From Rikenellaceae bacterium (GTDB taxonomy: Bacteria; Bacteroidota; Bacteroidia; Bacteroidales; UBA932): 64,000 nt of DNA. A model generated the notes under the pieces. The model searched no databases. It was not told the DNA's origin and was given only the letters and a program-made list of their open reading frames with translations. Shown here piece after piece: positions 10,044-19,354 of the stretch. Position 1 is the stretch's first letter, and every line of letters starts with the position of its first letter. The translations under genes were made by a program, and so were the position numbers. The stretch lies in assembly GCA_022771245.1 (NCBI GenBank), contig JALFCH010000033.1, positions 2,347 to 66,346 on the forward strand, given 5' to 3'.

Positions 10044-13000
10044 AGATTGTCTGAAAATACAAGTGTCTATTGTTCAGGGCTTTACTTTTCTGCAAGGTGG
10101 TTTGTGGCAGCTAATGCGGCAATCGAAGGCATTAATTTCATAATTCTTCCGGACCGGGAATCTGCGGAGTATTGTGCAGCCGACCTGTATTCTCTCGTGG
10201 ACGGGGACAAGGTGTTCTTTCTCCCGGATTCAGGCAGGCGTATGGAAAGGAGCAACTACAAATTTTCCCTCAGCGTTCAAAGGACATCGGCAATTGGCAG
10301 ACTGATGGAGTATGACGGTCAGGAAAAGCTCTTTTTCGTAACCTATCCTCAGGCACTTGCCGAAGGAGCCGTGGCGAGAAATTTCACTTCTGACAAAAAT
10401 GTGCTCAGGCTAAAGTGCGGAGACAGTATAGACCGTGAAGAACTTCTCGGCAAACTCGGGGAAATGGGATTCGTGCGTACCGATTTTGTGGGGGAACCGG
10501 GCCATTTTGCAGTGAGAGGGTCAGTAATCGACATCTTTTCATATTCCGACAGCAATCCCTTCCGTTTGACCTTTTTCGGGGATGAAATTGATTCAATCAG
10601 CATATTCGACTGCGGTACCCAACTTTCCAAAGAGAAGAGGAATGAAGCTGAAATCTATCCCGACCTTTCGTCAATGGAAGATATGTCTGAAGCCTCAGTG
10701 CCTGTCATCTGCCTTCTGCCTCCGGAAAAGACCTTGATTTGGTTGGACTCGGCGGAACTCTATTGCAAAGAGGATTTTTATGCTCTTGCCGACAATTACA
10801 GAAAGGTATTTCTTCAGGTGCCGACCGGGATTCAGGGGGTGGAGACCGTAAAATTCAGCATAACTCCGCAGCCTGTTTTCAACAAGAATTTTGAACTTCT
10901 GTCCGCCGATATCCGTGAAAAGACCGAAATGGGCTACAGGATTCAGGTCTATGGGGATAAGAAGGCGCAGTTGGAAAGGCTCCAGAGCATACTTTTGCAG
11001 AATGGTTGTCATCTGCCAGAATTCGTGGAAGGAAAAAATATACACAACGGCTTCATTGACAATGAAGACAAAATATGCTGCTACACCGATCACGAAATCT
11101 TCGACCGTTTCCACAGGGTGAGTCTCCGCCGCACGGTTGAACGCAGTGAACAGCTGACCATCAACGATCTGACTTCCTTTACGATAGGGGATTACATAGT
11201 CCATATAGATTACGGAGTGGGAATTTTCGGGGGACTTGTGCGCATACGCGATGACAAAAACCGTATGCACGAAGTTGTGAAAATCATCTATAAGGACAAC
11301 GATACTGTCTATGTTTCAGTTCATTCGCTGCATAAGATTTCCCGCTACAAGTCCAAGGATGGGGAGCCTCCGAAAATATATAAACTGGGTTCCAAAACCT
11401 GGCAAAATCTGAAGGCCAATGCAAAATCCAAGGTGAAGGACATAGCCAAGGACCTGATTCAACTCTATGCAAAGAGAAGGGCCTCCAAGGGTTTTGCCTT
11501 TTCTGCGGACAGTTTTCTTCAGACTGAACTTGAATCATCATTCATATACGAAGACACCCCGGACCAGGAAAAGGCTGTGCAGGCCGTCAAGAGGGATATG
11601 GAAGCGGAATGCCCTATGGACCGTCTGGTATGCGGAGATGTGGGCTTCGGGAAGACGGAAGTGGCCATAAGGGCTGCATTCAAGGCGGCTACGGATGGCA
11701 AACAGGTGGCTGTTCTTGTGCCTACCACCATACTTGCATTGCAACATTACAAGACCTTCACCGGCCGTCTGAAGGATTTCCCCTGCAATATTGATTTTGT
11801 GAGCAGGCTTCGTACACCGAAGGAACTGACAGATATAAAAAAACGCCTCAAGAACGGTGCGATAGACATATTGATAGGCACTCACAAAATACTCGGGTCC
11901 GGTTTCGAATTCAAGGACCTGGGACTGCTGATAATTGATGAGGAACAGAAGTTCGGAGTCGGGGCGAAGGAAAAGCTCCGCCAGCTCAAGGAATCTGTGG
12001 ACACCCTCACCCTGACAGCCACACCTATTCCGAGAACTCTGCAATTTTCCCTTCTGGGTGCCCGTGACCTGTCCATAATATCGACTCCGCCGCCAAACCG
12101 CATACCTGTACAAACGGAAATAATGCTTTTTGACGGAGATGAAATCCGCAAAATCATAAATTATGAACTCAATAGGGGAGGTCAAATATTCTTTCTGCAC
12201 AACAAAGTGGAGGAACTTCAGTCCATCTACGATATATTGCACCGTCTGGTTCCGGATATGAAAATATGCATAGCCCACGGACAGATGGAGTCAAAACAAT
12301 TGGAAGACAGGGTGCTGGACTTTATGGCCGGGGATTATGATCTTCTGTTGTGTACCACAATCATAGAGAACGGACTGGACATTCCCAATGCCAATACCAT
12401 TATCATAAATCAGGCTCAGAACATAGGTCTGAGTGACCTTCATCAGTTGCGCGGAAGGGTGGGCAGGTCCAACCGCAGGGCATTTTGTTATCTCATAGTG
12501 CCGCCTCTCGTGTCCATAACTGAGGATGCACGACGCCGTCTCCAGGCCATAGAAGCCTTTTCCGACCTCGGCAGCGGATTCAACATAGCGATGCAGGATC
12601 TGGACATCAGGGGTGCCGGCAACCTGCTGGGTGCTGAACAAAGCGGTTTCATCACTGATATGGGCTTCGAAACCTACCAGAAAATACTGTCGGAGGCTAT
12701 GGAGGAACTCGGTGTGGAGACAGGGCTTACTTCCGGCAATATCAAGGGGTCTTATGTGTCGGATTGTACCATCGAGACTGACCAGTTGGCTCTCATTCCG
12801 GATTCCTACATAAACCTTTCCGCTGAAAAAATACGCATTTACAAGGAATTGGACTCCCTCTCTTCCGATTCTGAAATCGAGACTGTGAAAGCCCGGCTTG
12901 AAGACCGTTTCGGACCTGTACCTGAAGAACTGGCAGCTCTTCTTATGATAGTCCGGATAAGGCATAGGGGAGAGAAACTCGGATTTGAAAAAATTATAAT

Positions 13001-13205
13001 AAAGAACGGGATAATGATACTGTTCTTTGTGAACAATCCTATGTCTCAATATTATAAATCCTCTGTGTTTCAATCAATTATAGAGAGTTTGAACAAGAAT
13101 CAGGATTTCGAGCTCAAGCAGAACGACAATCGCCTCAGACTTGTGAACAGGAAGGTGGAAAACCTCGAAAAAGCCTATGCCCTCCTGGGGAAATTGGGAA
13201 AATGA
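9996..13205 (+). CDS. mfd: Transcription-repair coupling factor Mfd
   Basis: CarD-like VHIDYGVG, MDRLVCGDVGFGKTEVA, DEEQKFG, TATPIPRT, QLRGRVGRS, TRG motif DLDIRGAGNLLG. -7 element TAGATTTG at 9956-9963. Confidence 0.97.
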   Translation: MDKLLISQKSVEKLSTRLSENTSVYCSGLYFSARWFVAANAAIEGINFIILPDRESAEYCAADLYSLVDGDKVFFLPDSGRRMERSNYKFSLSVQRTSAIGRLMEYDGQEKLFFVTYPQALAEGAVARNFTSDKNVLRLKCGDSIDREELLGKLGEMGFVRTDFVGEPGHFAVRGSVIDIFSYSDSNPFRLTFFGDEIDSISIFDCGTQLSKEKRNEAEIYPDLSSMEDMSEASVPVICLLPPEKTLIWLDSAELYCKEDFYALADNYRKVFLQVPTGIQGVETVKFSITPQPVFNKNFELLSADIREKTEMGYRIQVYGDKKAQLERLQSILLQNGCHLPEFVEGKNIHNGFIDNEDKICCYTDHEIFDRFHRVSLRRTVERSEQLTINDLTSFTIGDYIVHIDYGVGIFGGLVRIRDDKNRMHEVVKIIYKDNDTVYVSVHSLHKISRYKSKDGEPPKIYKLGSKTWQNLKANAKSKVKDIAKDLIQLYAKRRASKGFAFSADSFLQTELESSFIYEDTPDQEKAVQAVKRDMEAECPMDRLVCGDVGFGKTEVAIRAAFKAATDGKQVAVLVPTTILALQHYKTFTGRLKDFPCNIDFVSRLRTPKELTDIKKRLKNGAIDILIGTHKILGSGFEFKDLGLLIIDEEQKFGVGAKEKLRQLKESVDTLTLTATPIPRTLQFSLLGARDLSIISTPPPNRIPVQTEIMLFDGDEIRKIINYELNRGGQIFFLHNKVEELQSIYDILHRLVPDMKICIAHGQMESKQLEDRVLDFMAGDYDLLLCTTIIENGLDIPNANTIIINQAQNIGLSDLHQLRGRVGRSNRRAFCYLIVPPLVSITEDARRRLQAIEAFSDLGSGFNIAMQDLDIRGAGNLLGAEQSGFITDMGFETYQKILSEAMEELGVETGLTSGNIKGSYVSDCTIETDQLALIPDSYINLSAEKIRIYKELDSLSSDSEIETVKARLEDRFGPVPEELAALLMIVRIRHRGEKLGFEKIIIKNGIMILFFVNNPMSQYYKSSVFQSIIESLNKNQDFELKQNDNRLRLVNRKVENLEKAYALLGKLGK

Positions 13206-13248
13206 TGAATTATTTGTAATTTTACGCCCCGTATGCAAAAACGCTAAT

Positions 13249-13971
13249 ATGGCAAATCTATTGGTAGATGTGGGTTATACCGCCTTGAAGGCGGCCTGGG
13301 CTGACGGAATCACCCTTGGCAAGACTTTCAGGTATCAGGGAGAAAGGACTTACGATTTCATAGCAAGCCTGGTCAAAAAGAACAGGCCTGAAACGATGGT
13401 TATAAGCAGTGTATCCGAAATCACTGAACAGAATGTTTCCAGACTCCGCAAATGCTGTGACCGTCTCATAATGATAGACCCCTTGCATACGGAATTGTTT
13501 TCAGAACTGTATCTGCCTGAATGCATAACTCCGGACAGAGCTGCTGCTGCTGTGGCGTGCCGGCATCTTTTCAAGGGCAGAGGATGCACAATCTTCGATT
13601 TCGGCACGATGATGACAGTGGATTTTCTGGACACTGACGGCAGATATGAAGGGGGCAATATTTCTCTTGGATGCAGAACCCGTTTCAAATCTGTAAACCG
13701 GTATTCAGGCACCTTGCCTCTGCTTGACACTCCCGAGACACTGATGGAGATGGGGGACAGTGTGAAGTCTTCAATATCATCCGGAATTATACTTGGAATG
13801 GAGTATGAAATAAAAGGCTATATGGACAGATATCCCGAAAATATAGTCATTTTCACAGGCGGAGATGCGAATTATTTCGCAAAAAGAATGAAAAACGCTA
13901 TCTTTGTAGTTTGCAACCTTGTGCTTATGGGGTTGTCATTAATAGCAGTCAGATATGATGAAAAAAAATAG
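13249..13971 (+). CDS. coaX: Type III pantothenate kinase (divergent motifs)
   Basis: LLVDVGYT..K, PDRAAAA, DFGTMMTVD, GGNISLG, FTGGDA, NLVLMGL. First gene of the coaX-OMP-TPR-lptC cluster usual in Bacteroidota. Confidence 0.85.
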   Translation: MANLLVDVGYTALKAAWADGITLGKTFRYQGERTYDFIASLVKKNRPETMVISSVSEITEQNVSRLRKCCDRLIMIDPLHTELFSELYLPECITPDRAAAAVACRHLFKGRGCTIFDFGTMMTVDFLDTDGRYEGGNISLGCRTRFKSVNRYSGTLPLLDTPETLMEMGDSVKSSISSGIILGMEYEIKGYMDRYPENIVIFTGGDANYFAKRMKNAIFVVCNLVLMGLSLIAVRYDEKK

Positions 13972-15328
13972 GAACGGTTTCGCAGGTAAATTGCTCGCGC
14001 TGATTTCCGGTCTTTTTGTGTCTGCGTCTTTGTCGGCCCAGACTGAGACTTCCGGAACTTACGGAGCATATTCTCCATATTCGATATATGGAATCGGAGG
14101 AATCGCAAGGGAGGGGACGGCTCATACCCAGACTATGGGAGGAGTGGGCATAGCTTCCCGCAACAACCGTTTTATAAATACCACCAATCCGGCCGCAGTA
14201 ACTGCAAGGGACACTCTCTCCTTCATGTGTGACATAGGTATGTATGAAAATAATGTCATCTATGCCCAGGGGAGCGGAATGGACGCAAGGAATACGTTCA
14301 ATGTCAACAATATAGTATTCTCGTTTCCAATTTGGAGGTCTTCGGCATTCATGGTGGGGCTTGCTCCTTTCAGTGATGTGGGGTATAGTTTCAGCCGAAA
14401 GGAAACAGATGAGGAAATCATTGCCCACACAGGAAACATCACCTACGATTCTTACGGGGACGGAAGCCTCTATCAATTGTATGTCGGTGCCGGGGCGACT
14501 TTTTGGAAAAGATTGTCCATAGGTGCACAGTTCATTTACTATTTCGGAAACATAGACCGTATGTCGAATGAGACTTTCTCCAATTCTTCCTATAGGTCAA
14601 TCAATTACGGTAGCAGGATGAATCTCAGCGGATTCACTGGGAAATTCGGAATCCAGTATGAGCAGAAAATAGCTCCGAAGACATCTATGACATTGGGAGC
14701 CACCTACAGGATGGGTACCGGTATCAGGGGTTATGCCAGCCATTTCGCCTATGCCAGCCAGTCCAGCGTGGTTGATACCCTCAAGTCTATGACCTGGACA
14801 GATACTCTTTCTAGGGTCGGAACGCCGAGAATTGCCGATGAACTGGGTGTGGGAATTTCCTTCAAAGGTGATGACAGATGGTCTGTGGAATTCAACTATT
14901 TGCGCTCCGACTGGAGAAATTCCAATTTTGAAAATTGCAGAGGCTTTGCGGCATCTTCTGACGGAACCATATTCACTTCATCCGTATCCCAGTCCTTTCG
15001 TGCGGGCTTTGAAATAATACCCGGAAAGAACGATATCAGATACTATTTCAGACGCTGTACTTACCGTGCGGGAATATACTACGACCAGGATTATATGAGG
15101 ATGAACGGGGCCAGGATAGATTCTTATGGTCTGACTTTTGGTATGACGTTGCCCGTATTCAGGTGGTACAACGGCATCACCGTAGGAATGGACATAGGAC
15201 GCAGGGGCAACAATAAATTGGTGACGGCGGGGGAAAAGAGTGCCGGATTGACCTCGGAAACCTATTTCAAAATCTGCATAGGTTTCAATATCCACGATAT
15301 ATGGTTCCAGAAACCTCGTTACAACTAA
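13955..15328 (+). CDS. Outer-membrane beta-barrel protein (FadL/OmpP1-like), conserved coaX neighbour
   Basis: Signal peptide; SPYSIYGIG...MGG...NPAA plug motif; amphipathic strands; ends DIWFQKPRYN. Confidence 0.75.
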   Translation: MMKKNRNGFAGKLLALISGLFVSASLSAQTETSGTYGAYSPYSIYGIGGIAREGTAHTQTMGGVGIASRNNRFINTTNPAAVTARDTLSFMCDIGMYENNVIYAQGSGMDARNTFNVNNIVFSFPIWRSSAFMVGLAPFSDVGYSFSRKETDEEIIAHTGNITYDSYGDGSLYQLYVGAGATFWKRLSIGAQFIYYFGNIDRMSNETFSNSSYRSINYGSRMNLSGFTGKFGIQYEQKIAPKTSMTLGATYRMGTGIRGYASHFAYASQSSVVDTLKSMTWTDTLSRVGTPRIADELGVGISFKGDDRWSVEFNYLRSDWRNSNFENCRGFAASSDGTIFTSSVSQSFRAGFEIIPGKNDIRYYFRRCTYRAGIYYDQDYMRMNGARIDSYGLTFGMTLPVFRWYNGITVGMDIGRRGNNKLVTAGEKSAGLTSETYFKICIGFNIHDIWFQKPRYN

Positions 15329-15356
15329 ATTGTCAGAATAAATTAAAATAACAGAT

Positions 15357-16682
15357 ATGAAAAAAGTATTGCTCATTCTTTTGGCAGTCCTGATCGGAGG
15401 GTCGGGAGCTACCTTGTCGGCTCAGGGAAAATATGGTGCCGACAGTGCAAACTGCATCAAGTATCTTTCCTATTACAAGGAGTACTACAAGCAGAAGAAT
15501 TATGATGACGCACTTCCGAATTGGCGTAAGGCATACAGCATTTGCCCTCCTACCGCAAATCAGAATATGCTCATCGACGGAACAACACTTATCCGTCGTC
15601 TGATTTCCAAGAATGCGAAGAATGCCATCTACAAGGAGGCACTTGTGGACTCTCTGCTCAAAATTCACGACCTCAGAGCTGAGTATTATCCTAAATATGC
15701 TGTCACTGCCCTGAACAACAAGGGTTTGGACCTCGTAAATTATGTAAAGGACGATGATAAGGCTCTCTTTGAAGGCATTTCCGACATTGTCGGCAGGAAC
15801 GGTCTGCAAACCAAGCCGAGCCTTTATATTTTCCAGCTCCAGTCTGCAGTTGAACTCTACAAGGCCGGAATTATGGATGAAGAGAAGGTAATCGATGTTT
15901 ATGAAAAGGCGGTTGCCAACCTTGAGAATACCCCTTGCAAGACGGACAAGGAAAAGGAAGACCTTGCAAATGTGACTGAAACTGTGGAAAATATCTTCAT
16001 TCAGAGCAAGGTTGCTTCAGTGGAGTCCCTCGTTGCCTTGTTTACCCCGAGACTTGAAGCTGCAATGGACGACCTGGCACTTTCCAAGGCTATTGTGAAT
16101 ATGCTCAGCAAGACTGAAGGCGGAGTGGATACAGACCTCTTCCTCAAGGCAGTGAACAATATGCACAGGCTTGAGCCTTCCTACCAGTCCGCATATTTCC
16201 TCTTCAAACTTTATTCTTCAAAGGGTAGTGTGGATGAGGCTGTGGACTATATGGAGGATGCCATCGAATATCCTGAGTCCGATGACAAGGTGGATGCTTC
16301 ATATTACTATGAACTTGCAACCTACTGCTACAAGAACGGACTCTCTTCAAAAGCTTTTGCATCAGCGAAGAAGGCGGCAGAAATGGATGAAACTCTTGCC
16401 GGAAAATCCTATATGCTCATCGGAACCATCTGGGGTTCACAGGTTTGCAAGGGTAATGAAATCGAATCCAGGGCACCGTACTGGGTTGCAGTGGATTATA
16501 TGGTTAAGGCAAAGAATGCGGATTCTTCACTTGCAGAGGAGGCTAACAGTATGATTGCACAGTATGCAAAATACTATCCTCAGAAGTCTGAAGCTTTTAT
16601 GTACAATGTGCTTGACGGACAGTCCTATACGGTAAATTGCGGAGGTATGACTGCCGTGACGACCGTCAGAACCCAGAACTGA
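15357..16682 (+). CDS. Periplasmic tetratricopeptide-repeat protein
   Basis: Signal peptide, all-helical Ala/Tyr/Lys-rich repeats, C-terminal YWVAVDY...YP..SEAF motif of the TPR protein usual in this cluster. Confidence 0.75.
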   Translation: MKKVLLILLAVLIGGSGATLSAQGKYGADSANCIKYLSYYKEYYKQKNYDDALPNWRKAYSICPPTANQNMLIDGTTLIRRLISKNAKNAIYKEALVDSLLKIHDLRAEYYPKYAVTALNNKGLDLVNYVKDDDKALFEGISDIVGRNGLQTKPSLYIFQLQSAVELYKAGIMDEEKVIDVYEKAVANLENTPCKTDKEKEDLANVTETVENIFIQSKVASVESLVALFTPRLEAAMDDLALSKAIVNMLSKTEGGVDTDLFLKAVNNMHRLEPSYQSAYFLFKLYSSKGSVDEAVDYMEDAIEYPESDDKVDASYYYELATYCYKNGLSSKAFASAKKAAEMDETLAGKSYMLIGTIWGSQVCKGNEIESRAPYWVAVDYMVKAKNADSSLAEEANSMIAQYAKYYPQKSEAFMYNVLDGQSYTVNCGGMTAVTTVRTQN

Positions 16683-16683
16683 T

Positions 16684-17310
16684 TTGAAAAGGATTCTGAA
16701 CATAATCAATAGAATGGCAACCGCTGCGGCGGTTGCTTTCGTCGTTTATTCCTGCGGGGGAAATCTCAAGCAGGAGGATGCGAAGGATATACGCAATCTG
16801 CCTGTCCAGACTGCCGACGACCTTGTGAGTGTTCAGACTGAGAACGGACAGATTCAGAACCGGATGGAGGCTCCGAGAATGGAAAGGTATGAAAATGACA
16901 GCCTTTCAGTCCAGCTTTTTCCCGGTGGCGTTTCCGTTTACGGCTATATAGAAGGGGGCTTGCTTGAAACTTCCATCACTGCCGACAATGCCAGACATGA
17001 AAAATTCAAAGACGGCAGGGAGACCTGGTCCGCATTCGGCAATGTTGTGGTGAAGAACCTCATAAAGAAGGAAGTGATGCTCACCGACACTCTGTATTGG
17101 GACCGTCAGAACGAGAAAATCTACACTGATTGCTATGTGAGGATATACTCTCCGGACGGATTTATGCAGGGTTACGGTATGGAATCGGACCAGAGAGCCA
17201 GGGATTACAAACTTTTCAAACCTGTAAACAGTTATGGAGTTGTGGTGCAGGACAGCACTGCGGTGAACATAGATTCTGTCAATTTCATAGGCCCTTTCAG
17301 GCGCAAATAG
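16684..17310 (+). CDS. lptC: LPS export periplasmic protein LptC
   Basis: TTG start; lipoprotein-like YSC; FPGG, ITADNA, GNVVV, TDTLYWD, IYTD..V, QGYGMESDQ beta-jellyroll motifs. Confidence 0.85.
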   Translation: MKRILNIINRMATAAAVAFVVYSCGGNLKQEDAKDIRNLPVQTADDLVSVQTENGQIQNRMEAPRMERYENDSLSVQLFPGGVSVYGYIEGGLLETSITADNARHEKFKDGRETWSAFGNVVVKNLIKKEVMLTDTLYWDRQNEKIYTDCYVRIYSPDGFMQGYGMESDQRARDYKLFKPVNSYGVVVQDSTAVNIDSVNFIGPFRRK

Positions 17311-17439
17311 CAATTTCTTTCAGACATAAATAGCAATTAGAGCGGAAAAGTTAGTGCTTTTTGAGGAAAAATTACTACCTTCGCACCCCATATCCCAATG
17401 AGGGAACAAACAGATAATAACTAAATTAAGATAATAATT

Positions 17440-19245
17440 ATGGCAGTTCTCGAAACTATTCGCGTGAAGTTCGGTGTGCTTATTACAGTGCTTATTGCAG
17501 TGGCGCTGCTTTCGTTCATCATCGACCCGACCACGCTTCAGAACGTGGCTTCATCTATGTCGTCTAAATACGATGTGGGTGAAATTGACGGTAAATCAAT
17601 CTCTTACACAGATTATCAGAAAGATGTGGAAAAGACTAAGGGAGTTATGGAACTCCTCGGTTTCCAGGCAAATTCGGAGCAGGCTCAGTCCTATGTCAGG
17701 GATGAGGCCTGGAAGGAACTTTTCGACAAGTATTATTTTATTCCGAATGCTGAGAGTGCAGGTATCTATGTAGGTGATCAGGAGGCTCTTGACCTCATTT
17801 CAGGAGACAATATCTCACCTGTAATCGCACAGATGTTCTCTGACGAGAAAGGTTTCAACCGTGAGGCTTTCCTCAATTTCGTCGATTATTGCCGTGCAGA
17901 CCAGAGCGGAAGATACAAGGAACTTCTCAACTACCTCTGCAATGCTGCGATTTCACAGCAGTACTATTCCAAGTATTTCTCCCTGTTCTCCGCATCCAAT
18001 ATCACCAACGAACTTGACATACGCAAGGAAATCGCCGACAACAACAATTCGGTGAATGCCGAGTTCGTGATGGTGCCTTTCGGTTTCGCAAAAGATACCA
18101 CAGTTCAGGTCAGCGATGATGAAATCAAGGCCTGGTACAAGTCTCACAAGAAAGTTGCGGCATATAAGGATTTGCTTACACGCAAGGCCAGCCGCGACAT
18201 CGAGTATGTGGTTTACGACATTCTTCCTTCTGCTGAGGATATTGCAGAGGCAAACAATGAGATCGCTTCATTGGTCGAGGACTTTGCCAATACAAGCAAT
18301 GTGAAGTCCTTCCTGAGTGCCAACTACTGCTCATTCGACGAGAAATACTACAAGGAGGGTGAGTTGAAGTCAATAGCTCCTGAAGTGGATGAGTTTGTTT
18401 TCAATAATGGCGGACAGAACATTTCAGGCGTGCTTGCCCACGGAACAGATTTCTATGTGGTACGCATTCTTGACACGAAGAAGGAGGATGGCGTTGTGAA
18501 GAAGCAGGTTGCAGTGCTCAAGAAAGAGTCTGTAGCTGGCAAGGCTACCGTCAATGAGATTTACTCAAGGGCAAGGGATTTCGCAAATCAGGCAGGAAAC
18601 AGCTACAAGGATTTTCGCGCAGCTGTGGACTCACAGTCGGTTTATGCGCACTCTGCAAACCTTCTTGAAGGTGCTTCCAGGATAGGTTCTCTTGAGAATG
18701 CCAAGGAAATCACCCGCTGGGCTTACGAGGCAAAGAAGGGTGATGTTTCAGAAATCTTCGATATCAATAAGGACTACTTTGTTGTGGCTGTGCTCAAGGG
18801 TATCAACAAGGAAGGCTACAAGGATGTCAGCGAAGTTTCCTCTACCATCAGGGAAATACTTTATTCCCAGAAGATTGGAGATGTCAAGGCAGCCGAGGTG
18901 GCCGGAAAGATTGCCGGTTTGAGCGATATGTCCGCCATTGCAGAGGCTCTCGGAACCACTGTCAGCACTAAGGAGGGCATCACCTTCTCGTCCCTCACTT
19001 CTCAGGGGCTGGATCCTGCATTCATAGGTGCAGTCACTTCTGCTGAGGAAGGTGTGATTTCCGCTCCGGTCAAGGGCAGTTTCGGAATCTATGTGTTCAA
19101 AGTTACCGGCAAAGAGACCGGAGCGCACTACACTGAGGATGACGCTGCCAACAAGACAGCCCAGATGAACCAGTATCTTTCCCAGATGCTTATGGCATCT
19201 ATGACTGATGAGGTTGTTACTGACAACAGGGCAAGATTCTTTTAG
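17440..19245 (+). CDS. ppiD: PpiD-like membrane-anchored chaperone (SurA N-terminal domain), apparently without the parvulin domain
   Basis: MAVLETIR...IAVALLSFI N-terminal TM, VGEIDG, VSDDEIKAWY, C-terminal ISAPVKGSFGIYV and DNRARFF. Confidence 0.8.
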   Translation: MAVLETIRVKFGVLITVLIAVALLSFIIDPTTLQNVASSMSSKYDVGEIDGKSISYTDYQKDVEKTKGVMELLGFQANSEQAQSYVRDEAWKELFDKYYFIPNAESAGIYVGDQEALDLISGDNISPVIAQMFSDEKGFNREAFLNFVDYCRADQSGRYKELLNYLCNAAISQQYYSKYFSLFSASNITNELDIRKEIADNNNSVNAEFVMVPFGFAKDTTVQVSDDEIKAWYKSHKKVAAYKDLLTRKASRDIEYVVYDILPSAEDIAEANNEIASLVEDFANTSNVKSFLSANYCSFDEKYYKEGELKSIAPEVDEFVFNNGGQNISGVLAHGTDFYVVRILDTKKEDGVVKKQVAVLKKESVAGKATVNEIYSRARDFANQAGNSYKDFRAAVDSQSVYAHSANLLEGASRIGSLENAKEITRWAYEAKKGDVSEIFDINKDYFVVAVLKGINKEGYKDVSEVSSTIREILYSQKIGDVKAAEVAGKIAGLSDMSAIAEALGTTVSTKEGITFSSLTSQGLDPAFIGAVTSAEEGVISAPVKGSFGIYVFKVTGKETGAHYTEDDAANKTAQMNQYLSQMLMASMTDEVVTDNRARFF

Positions 19246-19260
19246 AATATCATAATACAG

Positions 19261-19318
19261 AAAACAGGGATACGATGAGGCTGGTGTGCTTCCGTATCCC
19301 TGTTTTTTTGTTTTTTTA
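19261..19318 (+). terminator. Intrinsic terminator after ppiD
   Basis: AAAACAGGGATACG / CGTATCCCTGTTTT perfect 14-bp arms followed by long T tracts. Confidence 0.85.
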
Positions 19319-19354
19319 TCAAAAATTTCTAACTTGCCACCCAAAATGTAGTGT

